Positions 13,425-25,014 of a stretch of 64,000 nt of DNA are shown here, piece by piece. The DNA comes from Malacoraja senta. Taxonomy: Eukaryota. Made by a program: the position numbers and the translations under genes. The notes below the pieces were generated by a model. The model was not told the origin of the DNA. It did no database searches and saw only the letters and a list, made by a program, of their open reading frames with translations. Location: NCBI GenBank assembly GCA_038087875.1, contig JAXLNO010000174.1, positions 62,001 through 126,000 on the forward strand, in the 5' to 3' direction. Each line of letters begins with the position of its first letter. Position 1 is the first letter of the stretch.

Positions 13425-16400
13425 TTGTGGGACCAGCATTCTGGCAGGCAGATTTGCCACTGCTACACGGGTGGTTTTAAACTGAATAAGGGCGGTGGGG
13501 TGTCGAATGGGATAGTGGAGGATGGAGTTAAAGGGAAAGGGTTTTCTTAAATTGTGTGAGCGTAGAGACAGAGGGTGTAAAATGAGGGTAGAAGCATAAG
13601 TAGCAAGGTGAAAAGTAAAAGTGGCAGGCAAACAAATAGGGCTGTTGAGCCAAAACCAAAAAGGCCTAAGGCAGTCAACGCCATTGTAGTGGGAGACTCC
13701 ATGTGAGAGGTACGGACAGGGGTTTCTGTGGCAACAGACGGGATGCGAGGATGGTGTGCTGCCTTCCTGGTGCCAGGATCCAGGATGTCACGGACAGAGT
13801 GCAGAAAATCCTCAAGGGCGAAGGTGAACATCCGGAAGTAGTAGTGCATGTCGGCACAAACGATGTCGGAAAGAAGGGGATGAATATTCTGCAGCGTGAC
13901 TTTAGAGAGCTCGGAAAAATGCTGAAAAGCAGGACCTCCAGGGTTGTTATCTCCGGTTTGCTTCCAGTTCCTCGTGCTGGCGAGAGCAGGAACAGGAGAT
14001 ACGGGACCTGAACGTGTGGCTCAGGAAATGGTGCACGGGGCAGGGATTTAGATTCTTAGATCACTGGGATCTGTTTTGGGGTAAGGGGGAACTGTACAAA
14101 AGGGACGGATTGCATCTTAACAGGTGTGGGACCAGCATTCTGGCAGGCAGGTTTGCCACTGCTACACGGGTGGTTTTAAACTGAATAAGAGGGGTGGGGT
14201 GTCGAATGGGATAGTGGAGGATGGAGTTAAAGGGAAAGGGTTTCTTAAATGTGTGAGCGTAGAGACAGAGGAGTGTAAAATGAGGGTAGAAGCAATAGGT
14301 AGCAAGGTGAAAAGTAAAAGTGGAAGACAGACAAAACCAGGGCAAAAATCAAAAAGGGCCACTTTTCAACATAATTGTATAAGGGGTAAGAGTGTTGTAA
14401 AAACAAGCCTGAAGGCTTTGTGTCTCAATGCAAGGAGCATTCGTAATAAGGTGGATGAGTTGAATGTGCAGATAGCTATTAATGACTATGATATAGTTGG
14501 GATCACGGGAGACATGGCTCCAGGGTGACCAAGGCTGGGAGCTGAACATCCAGGGATATTCAATATTCAGGAGGGATAGAGAGAAAGGAAAAGGAGGTGG
14601 GGTAGCGTTGCTGGTTAGAGAGGAGATTAACGAAGTGGAAAGGAAGGACATTAGCTTGGAGGATGTGGAATCGGTATGGGTAGAGCTGCGAAACACTAAG
14701 GGGCAGAAAACGCTGGTGGGTGTTGTGTACAGGCCACCTAGCAGTAGTAGTGAAGTTGGGGATGGCATCAAACAGGAAATTAGAAATGCGTGCGACAAAG
14801 GCAAACAGTTATAATGGGTGACTTAAATCTACATATAGATTTGGGTGAATCAAATTGGCAGGGGTGCTGAGGAAGAGGATTTCTTGGAATGTATGCGGGA
14901 TAGTTATCTAAATCAACATGTAGAGGAACCAACGAGAGAGCAGGCTATTTTAGACTGGGTATTGAGTAATGAGGAAGGGTTAGTTACCAGTTTTGTTGTA
15001 CGTGCCCCCTTGGGCAAGAGTGACCATAATATGGTTGAGTTCTTCATTAGGATGGAGAGTGACATTGTTAATTCAGAAACAATGGTTCTGTACTGAAAGA
15101 AAGGTAACTTTGAGGTTATGAGACGTTAATTGGCCAAGATGGACTGGCAATTAATTCTAAAAGGGTTGACGGTGGACATGCAATGGAAGACATTTAAAGA
15201 CTGCATGGATTAACTACAAAAAAAAGTTCATCCCAGTTTGGCAAAATCAGGGAAGGTAGTGCATCCGTGGATAACAAGGGAAATCAGGGATGGTATCAAA
15301 GCGAAGGATGATGCGTACAAATTAGCCAGAAAAAGCAGCATACCGGAGGACTGGGAGAAATTCAGAGACCAGCAGAGGAGGACAAATGGCTTAATTAGGA
15401 AAGGAAAAATAGACTATGAAAGAAATCTGGCAGGGAACATAAGAACTGACTGCAAAAGATTTTATAGATATGTAAAAAGAAAGAGATTATTTAAAATAAA
15501 AGTAGGTCCCTTGCAGTCAGAAACAGGTGAGTTGATCATGGGGAACAAGGATATGGCGGACCAATTGAATAACTACTTTGGTTCCGTCTTCACTAAGGAA
15601 GACAAAAATAATCTGCCGGAAATAGCAGGGGACCGCGGGTCAAAGGAGTTGGAGGAATTGAGTGAAACCCAGGTTAGTCGGGAAGTGGTTTTGGGTAAAT
15701 TGAATGGATTAAAGGCCGATAAATCCCCAGGGTCAGATAGGCTGCATCCCAGAGTACTTAAGGAAGTAGCTCCAGAAATAGTGGATGTATTAGTAATAAT
15801 CTTTCAAAACTCTTTAGATTCTGGAGTAGTTCCTGAGGATTGGCGGGTAGCAAACGTAACCCCACTTTTTAAGAAGGGATGGAGAGAGAAAACTGGGAAT
15901 TACAGACCAGTTAGTCTAACATCGGCAGTGGGGAAACTGCTAGAGTCAGTTATTAAAGATGGGATGGCAGCACATTTGGAAAGTGGTGAAATCATTGGAC
16001 AAAGTCAGCATGGATTTACGAAAGGTAAATCATGTCTGACGAATCTTATAGAATTTTTCGAGGATGTAACTAGTAGCGTGGATAGGGGAGAACCAGTGGA
16101 TGTGGTGTATCTGGACTTCCAGAAGGCTTTCGACAAGGTCCCACATAAGAGATTAGTATACAAACTTAAAGCACATGGCATTGGGGGTTCAGTATTGATG
16201 TGGATAGAGAACTGGCTGGCAAACAGGAAGCAAAGAGTAGGAGTAAACGGGTCCTTTTCACAATGGCAGGCAGTGACTAGTGGGGTACCGCAAGGCTCAG
16301 TGCTGGGACCCCAGCTATTTACAATATATATTAATGATCTGTATGAGGCAATTGAAGGCAATATCTCCAAGTTTGCGGATGACACTAAGCTGGGGGGCAG

Positions 16401-17307
16401 TGTTAGCTGTGAGGAGGATGCTAGGAGACTGCAAGATCACTTGGATAGGCTGGGTGAGTGGGCAAATGTTTGGCAGATGCAGTAAAAATGTGGATAAATG
16501 TGAGGTTATCCATTTTGGTGGCAAAAACAGGAAAGCAGACTATAATCGAAATGGTGGCCGACTAGGAAAAGGGGAGATGCAGCGAGACCTGGGTGTCATG
16601 ATACACCAGTCATTGAAAGTAGGCATGTAAGTGCAGCAGGCAGTGAAGAAAGCGAATGGTATGTTAGCTTTCATAGCAAAAGGATTTGAGTATAGGAGCA
16701 GGGAGGTTCTACTGCAGTTGTACAGGGTCTTGGTGAGACCACACCTGGAGTATTGCGTACGATTTTGGTCTCCAAATCTGAGGAATGACATTATTGCCAT
16801 AGAGGGGGTGCAGAGAGGTTCACCAGACTGATTCCTGGGATGTCAGGACTGTCTTATGAAGAAAGACTGGATAGACTTGGTTTATACTCTCTACAATTTA
16901 GGAGATTGAGAGGGGATCTTATAGAAACTTACAGAATTCTATAGGGGTTGGACAGGCTAGATGCAGGAAGATTGCTCCCGATGTTGTGGAAGTCCAGGAC
17001 AAGGGGTCACAGCTTAAGGATAAGGGGGGAATCCTTTAAAACCGAGATGAGAAGAACTTTTTTCACACAGAGAGTGGTGAATCTCTGGAACTCTCTGCCA
17101 CAGAGGGTAGTCGAGGCCAGTTCATTGGCTATATTTAAGAGGGAGTTATATGTGGCCCTTGTGTCTAAAGAGATCAGAGGTTATGGAGAGAAGGCAGGTA
17201 CGGGATACTGAGTTGGATGATCAGCCATGATCATATTGAATGGCGGTGCAGGCTCGAAGGGCCGAATGGCCTACTCCTGCACCTAATTTCTACGTTTCTA
17301 TGTTTCT
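13425..17307 (+). mobile_element. CR1 LINE (ORF1 esterase, APE, RT), nested, with a rearranged 5' junction
   Basis: VVVHVGTNDVG; LKALCLNARSIRNKVDEL; RT; tail TTTCTACGTTTCTATGTTTCT; AACA at both junctions. Confidence 0.93.
15238..16485 (+). pseudogene. CR1 ORF2 reverse transcriptase remnant, the longest open frame in the window (415 aa)
   Basis: [62 protein letters not shown]; bounded by frameshifts and stops. Confidence 0.9.
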
Positions 17308-19581
17308 AACAGTGGCTGAATGGCATGAATGGGAGATGCCAGAGTGAGAAAATGGTGGAAGGCTGTTTGTCAGGTTGGAGGCCGGTGACTAGTGGGGTGC
17401 CTCAGGGGTCTGTCTTGGGTCCACTGTTGTTTGTCATGTACATCAATGATCTGGATGATGGTGTGGAAAATTGGATATAGTAAGTATGCAGATGATTACT
17501 AAGATAGGTGTTGTTGTGGATAATGAATTCGATTTTCAAAGTCTACAGAGAGATTTAGGCCATTTGGAAGAGTGGGCTGAAAGATGGCAGATGGAGTTAA
17601 TGCTGATAAATGTGAGGTGCTACATCTTGGCAGGACAAATCAAAATAGACGTACATCGTAATGGTACGAATTGAGGAATGCAGTTGAACAGAAAGATCTA
17701 GGAATAACTGTGCATAGTTCCTGAAGGTGGAATCTCATGGTAGATAGGGTCGGAGCATTGAGCATAGAAGTTGGGATGTAATTTTAAATTGTACAAGGCT
17801 TGGTGAGGCCAATTTTGGAGTATGGAGTACAATTTTGGTCGCCTAATTATAGGAAGGATGTCAACAAAATAGATAGATTACAGAGGAGATTTACGAGAAT
17901 GTTGCCTGGGTTTCAGCAACTAAATTTACAGAGAATAGGCTGAACAAGTTAGGTCTTTATTCTTTGGAGCGCAGATGTTAAGGGGAACTAGATAGAGATC
18001 TTTAAAATGATGAGAGGGATATGACAGAGTTGACCTGGATAAGCTTTTCCCATTGAGAGTAGAGAAGATTCAAACAAGAGGACATGACTTGAGAATTAAT
18101 GGACAGAAGTTTAGGGGTAACATTAGAGGGAACTTCTTTACTCAGAGAGTGGTAGATGTTGGGTATGAGCTTCCAGTGGAGTGGTGGAGGCAGGTTCGAT
18201 GTTATCATTTAAAATAGATTGGATTGTGTATATGCACGAGAACGGAATGGAGGCTCTGGTCTGAGTGCGGTAGGATGGGACTATGGGAGATAAAGTGTTC
18301 GGCATGGACTTGAAGGGCCGAGATGGCCTGTTTCCATGCTGTAATTGTTATATGGTTATATGGTTATATGGTTATATGGTTACCAGAGCCCTATACAATT
18401 GCAGAGGAACCTCTCTACTCCTATACTGAAATCCACTTGTTATGAAGGCCAACATTCCATTAGCATTTCTTCACTGCCTGCTGTACCTGCACGCCAACTT
18501 TCAGTGACCGGTGTACAATGACACCCAGGTCTTGCTTACCTAACCTAACCGCGTTGAGATAATAATCTGCCCCCTTGTTTTTGCCACCAAGTGGATAACT
18601 CCATGTTTCTATATATACTGCATCTGCACGCATCTGCCCACTAACTTAACCTGTCCAGTCACCCTGCACCTCCTAACATGCTCTTCACAGTTCACATTGC
18701 CAGCCAGCTTTGTGTCATCCGCAAACTTGCTAGTGTTGCTCCTAGTTCCCTCTTCCAAATCATTAATATATATGGTAAACAGTTGCGGTCCCAACACCGA
18801 GACTTGCGGCACTCCCAATCGCCACTGCCTGCCATTGTGAAAAGGACCCGTTCACTCCTACTCTTTGCACCTGTCTGCCAACAATTTTCTATCCAACACC
18901 CTACCCCCAATGCCATGTGCTCTAATTTAGTCCCAGTTGTTGAGCACCGACACAAATTACCAGTCGGAGGTCCCTCGCCACACGAGATCAACAACCCAAG
19001 AAGTAGGATCGGCACCGCCTTTTCTAATGCAGATGGGGAGCGGAAATAACCACGCCTCTCCTGTAACTGCCCACAATTCAATGATTGAGAGCACACTGGA
19101 AGGCATGGGGCGTTCTTGTGACTGGTGTGGAGAACACGCACAGCGTGGCAGGGAAAGAAGATTGAGTGATTATGTTTGGTACGCCCATTGTTAGCTGATG
19201 GGCGTGTGCCTGTGGTGGAGGGCGCCATGGTCATTGCTGGATTATTCTGGCACGGCGCCCGGACGAGAGTGGAGTATGCACGCTAGTCTTTGATGGTCAG
19301 AAAGGCAAGTTTCCCTCTCCTCGTTTCTGATGTATCTGATGTGTTTGCTTCTACCTAAGACTGCTCGCCCGAAGTACAGGGTGCACCGGGGTTGTAAATT
19401 ATAATCCTCCCTCAGCAAATTCTGACAAATGTTCCATCTATTTTCGGCTATTTCCGTTGATATTACCAGATCTGTCCGGTTTCTCTGACACCCCCGATCG
19501 GTCCACGCGCCATGCGTCCCCGGACGCATTGATCGCATCACTTGCAAATGTTTTTATTTCAGTCAAGGTCTGGTGTGCATG

Positions 19582-19664
19582 GTCATCGTGGCAAAGTGGT
19601 TAAGACGACGGACTAGAAAGCAATCTGGGGTTTCTTCGCGCAGGTTCGAATCAGAGGCAACATG
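19582..19664 (+). pseudogene. tRNA-Ser(AGA) pseudogene
   Basis: GTCATCGTGGCAAAGTGGTTAAGACGACGGACTAGAAAGCAATCTGGGGTTTCTTCGCGCAGGTTCGAATC aligns with vertebrate tRNA-Ser(AGA); anticodon at 19615-19617; stems and 3' acceptor strand are damaged. Confidence 0.85.
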
Positions 19665-19702
19665 ATTGCGTACAGTAAGGCGGCACAGTGCCAGAATACA
19701 TC

Positions 19703-20145
19703 CAGTAAGGCGGCACAGTGCCGCAACTGGAAGAGGTGCTGGCGCACAGCGCCAACGTTCTGGTTTCCTCCGTGACCTTGGATGCTGTGGCTAGAGTTTA
19801 CGTGTTATTCGTGCGATTGCGTGGGTCTCCTTAGGGTGCTGTGGTTTCTTCCCTGATCCCAAATAGTTACGTTTTGTTTTGTTTATTGTGACGTGCACTG
19901 AGGTTCAGTGAAAAGCTTTTGGTTGCGAGGTATCCAGTTCGCGGTGAGACCACCAATGCTTACATTCGAGTCATCCACAGTGTGCAGATCGATACAGGAT
20001 AAAGGTAATAATAGCTGAGCCTTTGTTGTTTATTTGCACCTGCAAATTGCCTCTCATTAGAAGGACAAGTGGTATAAGAAAACTAGCGTGAACGGCTGAC
20101 CATTGGTTGGCCTCGACTCGTTGTACTGTGGGAACCATTTCCATG
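19703..20145 (+). mobile_element. HE1-type V-SINE, interrupted by a minus-strand Rex1-like 3' fragment (~19876-20010)
   Basis: tRNA-like head GGCGGCACAGTG..; V-core-like GAGTTTACGTG..TGCGTGGGTCTCCTTAGGGTGCTGTGGTTTCTTCCC..CCCAAA; resumes at TGCAAATTGCC. Confidence 0.7.
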
Positions 20146-20685
20146 TTTGTGTTTGATTCATTCATCATTTCAAATGAAAAACGTGCTTTGGGGGGGCCCA
20201 ACAACCTGCAACTGCACTTTGCTGCGTATTCCAGCTGCCATTATTTCCGGGGCCTGTGCAATTCGAATGAGACTTATGTTCTCCTACACGCAAATACTCT
20301 TGAGGTAAGTTCAATATTTTAATGCCTCCCTGCTTGATCGCTGACCCTGGATGTTAAACTTCAGTTTCTTCTGTACTAGGTCACCCGGGTTCCTTTGTTA
20401 CCAGTTCTTTCAATCGCTCACCATTAGATAAATTATTCATTCTGAAGAACATATCAACATTTCACCGTTACATCGCATCCGTCATGTCGTGGTTCACTCT
20501 GTCGATCTGAAACACGAACACTGTTTCCTCTTCCACCCCTGATGCCGGATGGTTGAGTGTTTCCAGCATGTACTGTTTTACGTGAGTCTCTGATCCAAGT
20601 CAAGAATACAGATTGCGAAAACTAAGGTCTCACATCCGATCCTTCCTATCCGGAAATTGCGCATTTGTTCCCGCTTCATTAAATT

Positions 20686-20759
20686 GTCTGTGTGGCGCAA
20701 TCGGTTAGCGCGTTCGGTTGTTAATGGAAAGGTTGGTGGATGGAGCCCACCCAGGGACG
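20686..20759 (+). pseudogene. tRNA-Asn(GTT) pseudogene
   Basis: GTCTGTGTGGCGCAATCGGTTAGCGCGTTCGGTTGTTAATGGAAAGGTTGGTGGATGGAGCCCACCCAGGGACG (74 nt) has about 6 substitutions from vertebrate tRNA-Asn; the B-box/T-loop (GGTTCGA to GGATGGA) and the anticodon stem are broken. Confidence 0.9.
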
Positions 20760-21439
20760 ATGGTAATCCGGCAGCTTTTGCTTTCCGTGACACTGAAGCC
20801 GCTTCACTGAGCTCAGTTGGAGCCTCCCTGTGGTGTCTCAGGTCCCATGTTCCCCTTCGCTTTAACCCAATTGTGTGTGTTTCGGAAAGAAAAGTCTTTG
20901 GAACTAACGTAGGATTGAAGATCACGTTTGCTTTGGGCCAGTAGATTATTTATTTTGACCTGAACCGACCTGACGACAGGGCACCGACCAGAACGAGTGA
21001 CTCATACAAGTTGACGGCACTGAGGGTTCTGTCCACCGTTTGCGGTTACGCTTTTTCATTTACGACTGACACGCTGAATTCTGCTGCCATTTCTGGTACT
21101 GACGAAGTGTTAAACGAACACAACGGTCTGAGATTCAAAATCATTCATCTATATCTTGGTTGAGACAGCTCAGCGTTGGATGGCACCGCCCGCTCTTCTT
21201 ACTCACGTCGTCTCCCCAAATAGTTTAAGGAGATATATAGAATTAATGAGTTGTTGGGAAGGGTTAGTAACGGTGAACTGGTTTGGGTGATCTGCTAAGA
21301 TAATGTTGAAAGGCGGAGCAAAATCCGACCGCCGATTGGGCAATACGATCTGTTTTCTACATTTCAATGTCCATCTTCCGTGCTCAGCGGGAACAATACG
21401 GAGGGATGTCATGTGCAGCAGCGATGCATCTCAGTGGGA

Positions 21440-22142
21440 AGGCGCCACAAGCAGTGGCTGCCTCGCCTACAGTCTCTCTGACCTTTCTTCGTTTTGTTAG
21501 TTTTACTATATGTTATCAAATATGTTCTTTGGGTTCCTTGGTTTGCTTTATGTGGACGGTGGGGGAGCACGGGGAAATGTTTTTCAATGTCTTACCTCGA
21601 CGGAGATGCGATTATTTTCCGTATCGTATCTCCGTCCCAATTGCCGCCTAACAAGGTGGAGTTGGCGGCATTTCCTGGAGACCGACCCGGCGCACCAAGC
21701 CGCAGCAGTTTGCGGGACTTTGACACCGCGGCTTGCGATCCTTTTGCCGGGGATCGAACTTCCACAACGTGGCCTGTGGCGTTTAACATCGTGAAACCCG
21801 GGGTATCTGGTAAGAAATGTCCGACTCGGGAACTCCATGCTGCGGAGAAAGTTTCAACCGCCCCGATGTGGGAGCTTCGATCACACCGACGGGGGCTTCT
21901 ATCGTCTGCTGCGGGGGCTTTGACTGCTCTTACCGCGGAAGAACAAAGATGAACCAAATTACCTTCCATTACCAATCTATTATCTTCATCACAGTGAGTT
22001 ATGTGGACTCCACTGTGATGGATGTTTATGTTACTTTTATGACGTTGTGTGTCTTGTTGCTTTTCTCTTAGTATGGCTGTATGGTTACTCAAATTTCACT
22101 GTATCTTAACCACAGACAATAAACTGACCTTGAAACGTTGAA
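21440..22142 (+). mobile_element. Non-coding GC-rich retroposon with a Rex1-type 3' tail (copy A)
   Basis: GC-rich head, T-tract, G-run, hairpin at 21599-21636; ends CAAATTTCACTGTATCTTAA..CAATAAACTGACCTTGAAACGTTGAAAC. Confidence 0.6.
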
Positions 22143-22625
22143 ACATTGTTTTCCATGTGTAATTGACACAACTACGTAGATATGACAGGTTTAGAGGGAT
22201 ATGGGCCAAATACAGGCAGATGGGAATAGTTGGGACATGCTGGCCGATGTTGGCAAAGTGGGCGCTAGGGCCTGTTTCAATGATTGTCTCACTCTATGAT
22301 CATCCGAGTTCAGACCCTGAAATCCCTACGCTAGTGACCACGGGTTTGGAAAGCGATGGATCATTCCCAGAATTACGAACGTAGATCTGAAAGTATGCGG
22401 ACAGAAACATGCATACGTGTCCCGAGACCCAAACCCAGGATTGTAGCGGATGGGTCAGGATTTGCACAGGGAATAAATTGCCCATGTTTTGGCTCACTAC
22501 TTTGGAAGGAACATCACTCAGGAAAGAAAAACATTGTAGCTTGAGAAACGATACTATGTTGTGAATGAAAACGACAGGAATTCATAACAGGATAACATAA
22601 CCCATTTGGCTACATGTTCCCCATG

Positions 22626-22689
22626 AGCATAGCGGCGCAGCGGGAGTGTGCTGGGCCAATGATCGATGAATCAAAATCATCCGCTGCTA
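22626..22689 (+). pseudogene. Initiator tRNA-Met pseudogene with an internal deletion, followed by TTTT
   Basis: AGCATAGCGGCGCAGCGGGAGTGTGCTGGGCCAAT--GATCGATGAATCAAAATCATCCGCTGCTA matches vertebrate tRNA-iMet (AGCAGAGTGGCGCAGCGGAAGCGTGCTGGGCCCATAACCCAGAGGTCGATGGATCGAAACCATCCTCTGCTA) apart from a short deletion after the anticodon. Confidence 0.85.
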
Positions 22690-22734
22690 TTTTCTTTGGT
22701 TTCAAAAAGGATTTTTCTTCCACACTTTTTCAAA

Positions 22735-23670
22735 GGATACAAGGATACAAAGGATATTAATTTTCACATACACCAATGGTGTAGTGACATTTGACTTGCC
22801 ATTGCAGCACACGAATGGCAAAATTAAAGAATTAAACAATAAACATAAAAATATCCCCCCACAATGGTTCCCACTGTGGGGAAAGGCGACAAAGTGCAGT
22901 CCCGTCCCCTGTTCACCCATAGTCGGGCCTATCCTGGCCTCCGCAGTCGCCGCTAAGGCAGCCCAGTGCTTCAGGCCCTCTTGCCGGGAAGATGGAACTC
23001 CGGCGTCGGTTGAACACTCCTCAGCGGCATGGAATGTCTGTAGCTGCCGCTTTCTCCCCGGAGACCGCGGCACCCGAAGTACTCAGTTGGAGGTCCGACT
23101 CCGGCTATCTAGGATCCGAGGTTCCGCGGTGTTTCAAATCCAGCGCTGACCGCGGCTGGACGCTCCGCAGCCACAGCTCCTCGATGTTGGAGTCGGTGGC
23201 CACAGCACCCCGGGACCCACCGCACAGCGACCAGGGCAAGGCATCGCCCGCTCCGCGATGGTGTCCCAGTGCCGTGCCGCCGCCGAAGCTGTAGTCCCGG
23301 CCGGTCCCAACAGGAAACGCCGCTCCAATCCGATGGTAGGTATATGGGACTAGGGGAGAATACGTGTTCGGCACGGACTAGAAGGGTCGAGATGGCCTGT
23401 TTCCGTGCTGTAAATATTATATGGTTATATGGTTATATGGTAGGCCGCGAGGAGGGGGCGAAGAAGCCGCTCGGAGGGAAGCCGCCGCTCCGACCAGGTA
23501 GGCACTAGGAGATAAAGTTTCCCAATTCCCTTCCCCCCCACCCACCACATAAAAGACTAGAAGGCCTCTAAAACAAAGACTTTTAAACTCACTAAAAATA
23601 AAAAAAAAGATGAAAGGACTGACAGCTGCTGGCAGGGCAGCCATACTCGACCGCGCACCCGACGACGCCC
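22735..23670 (-). mobile_element. Non-coding GC-rich retroposon with a Rex1-type tail (copy B), carrying a CR1 3'-tail insert at 23341-23436
   Basis: Tail (AAGGATAC)n at ~22733-22757; same architecture as copies A and C; the CR1 insert is flanked by the 8-bp TSD ATGGTAGG (23333-23340 and 23437-23444). Confidence 0.6.
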
Positions 23671-24019
23671 CCGACATTTTCCCAATGAAATTGAAATCCC
23701 TTTCATAACCGCAAGCAAACTGCAAAAACATTTTTGAAAATGATGTTCTGAAGAAGCCAATTCCTTCTCTACATACATGCTGAGTTTCTCCAGCATTTTG
23801 TGTACCTTAAAAATGATGGTATCAGTCACATGGTTAAATCATGTGATTATATCTGCAGAGGCGGCGCGATCGTCCGTTGGTAGGTCTTTCAGCAAAAACC
23901 GAAATCCATTATAAGTACGTTAAAACGCCTGCTGTTTTCACCAGAACCCTTTCTTGCACTCCTTGCCACGGGCCTCGACCCGCCAATCCTCGCCTCGAGG
24001 GCCCGAGCTCTTTGATGAC

Positions 24020-24210
24020 CTGAGCACGTGTGTTTCTCCCGCCTGCTTCGGATTCCTCCACACATCATCGACCTAAAGGTTTGTAGTTTAATTGTCTTCG
24101 GTAAAATTGTAAATTGCCCCTAGTGTGTAGGATAGTACTTGTGTTCGGTGATATCGCTGGTTTGCGCAGGTTCGGTGAGCGAAAGCGCCTGTTCCCACGT
24201 TATTACTCTG
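24020..24210 (+). mobile_element. HE1/V-SINE 3' fragment
   Basis: Degenerate V-core followed by GGTTTGTAGTTTAATTG..TGTAAATTGCCCCTAGTGTGTAGGATAG and a CR1-like tail. Confidence 0.6.
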
Positions 24211-24579
24211 AAGGCTAAAGTAAATTCTGAAGGTTCCCGTCCCAACATTCAACTGTCCGTTTTCGACAGTGATTTTCCCTGATCATCTGAGTTATTACAG
24301 CACTTTGTGTCCTCTTTTTGGTAAATGACCATCTGCAGTTACAAGGTTTATACAAATTTTCCAACTGTTTACTACTGCTGCAAATCTTTTTTCCAACTTC
24401 AACCCTCACACGCACTTTCTCCGATTATACTCCATTTCCCTGCCCAATTTTCCACACAATCCCACATCCCTCAGCTTATGAATAGTGTGGTTTAATATAG
24501 TTTATTATTGTCACGTGCACCGAGTTACAGTGAAAAACTTGTTTTGGCTACTATCAAGTCAGCAGAAAGACGGTCAGCT

Positions 24580-25014
24580 ATCAGCCCAGTCCATCGCCGG
24601 CTATGACCTCCCCACCATCAATAGTCGCTGAGGCGCTTTACAATAGCCACATATCGTAGTCGCTGCCTCAAAAAGGGAGCCAAAATCATCAAAATCACAC
24701 ACCTTCCTGGACACACACTCGTTTCACCATTGCCATGATGAAGAAGGTACAGGGGCCTGAAAACTGTAACGTCGAGGTTCATGAACAGCGTCTTCCCTGC
24801 AGCCATCAGGCCATTAAACACAACAACGAATATGCTCCGAGAACTGAACTGCAAAATACAATATTATTATTGCATTATACTTGATATTTATTGAACTCTT
24901 TCTTTTTGTTTCTCTTCCCCCGGTATATATTATGTTTACATATTATGTTGTGCTGCAGCAAGTAAGCATTCATTGTCCCATCCGGGATATAAGACAATAA
25001 CACAATCTTGACTC
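24580..25014 (+). mobile_element. Rex1/Babar 3' fragment
   Basis: RCLKKGAKIIK...GRRYR-like coding and CAATAACAC..CTTGACT tail, as in the copy at 4800-5250. Confidence 0.75.

Larger units (their letters stand above)
8805..18380 (+). mobile_element. Near full-length CR1 LINE (ORF1 coiled-coil plus SGNH esterase, ORF2 APE-RT), decayed and split by two younger CR1s
   Basis: ORF1 LLRDRVRNLEQQLDDL, VVVHIGTND and DHWDLFWGRCDLYKKEGLHLN; APE from ~9785; DKSPG|PDRIFPRTL joins 11107 to ~12949; WIQ|QWLNG joins 13424 to ~17308; (ATATGGTT)n tail at 18350-18380. Confidence 0.9.
8230..18935 (-). mobile_element. Outer CR1 LINE (pieces 8230-~8804 and ~18379-18935) hosting a ~9.6 kb nested CR1 stack
   Basis: ...CAATACTCCAGATGTG (8804) continues as (T)TACCAGAGCCCTATACAA (~18380), like the uninterrupted copy at ~1320-1355; RT motifs [20 protein letters not shown] and KFADDTKL at 18609-18818. 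Confidence 0.85.

Noticed and set aside
11595..16800. Recurrent ORFs such as MPPKWITSHL.., [10 protein letters not shown].. and MIMADHPTQYP..
   Set aside because: They are antisense or alternate frames of CR1 RT and 3' UTR, recurring only because CR1 recurs.
18937..19560. Possible additional histone or RNA gene relic upstream of tRNA-Ser
   Set aside because: I could not align it to a histone or a known small RNA by eye.
19582..22689. Functional tRNA genes
   Set aside because: Each has broken stems, a mutated B-box or a deletion, so they are called pseudogenes.
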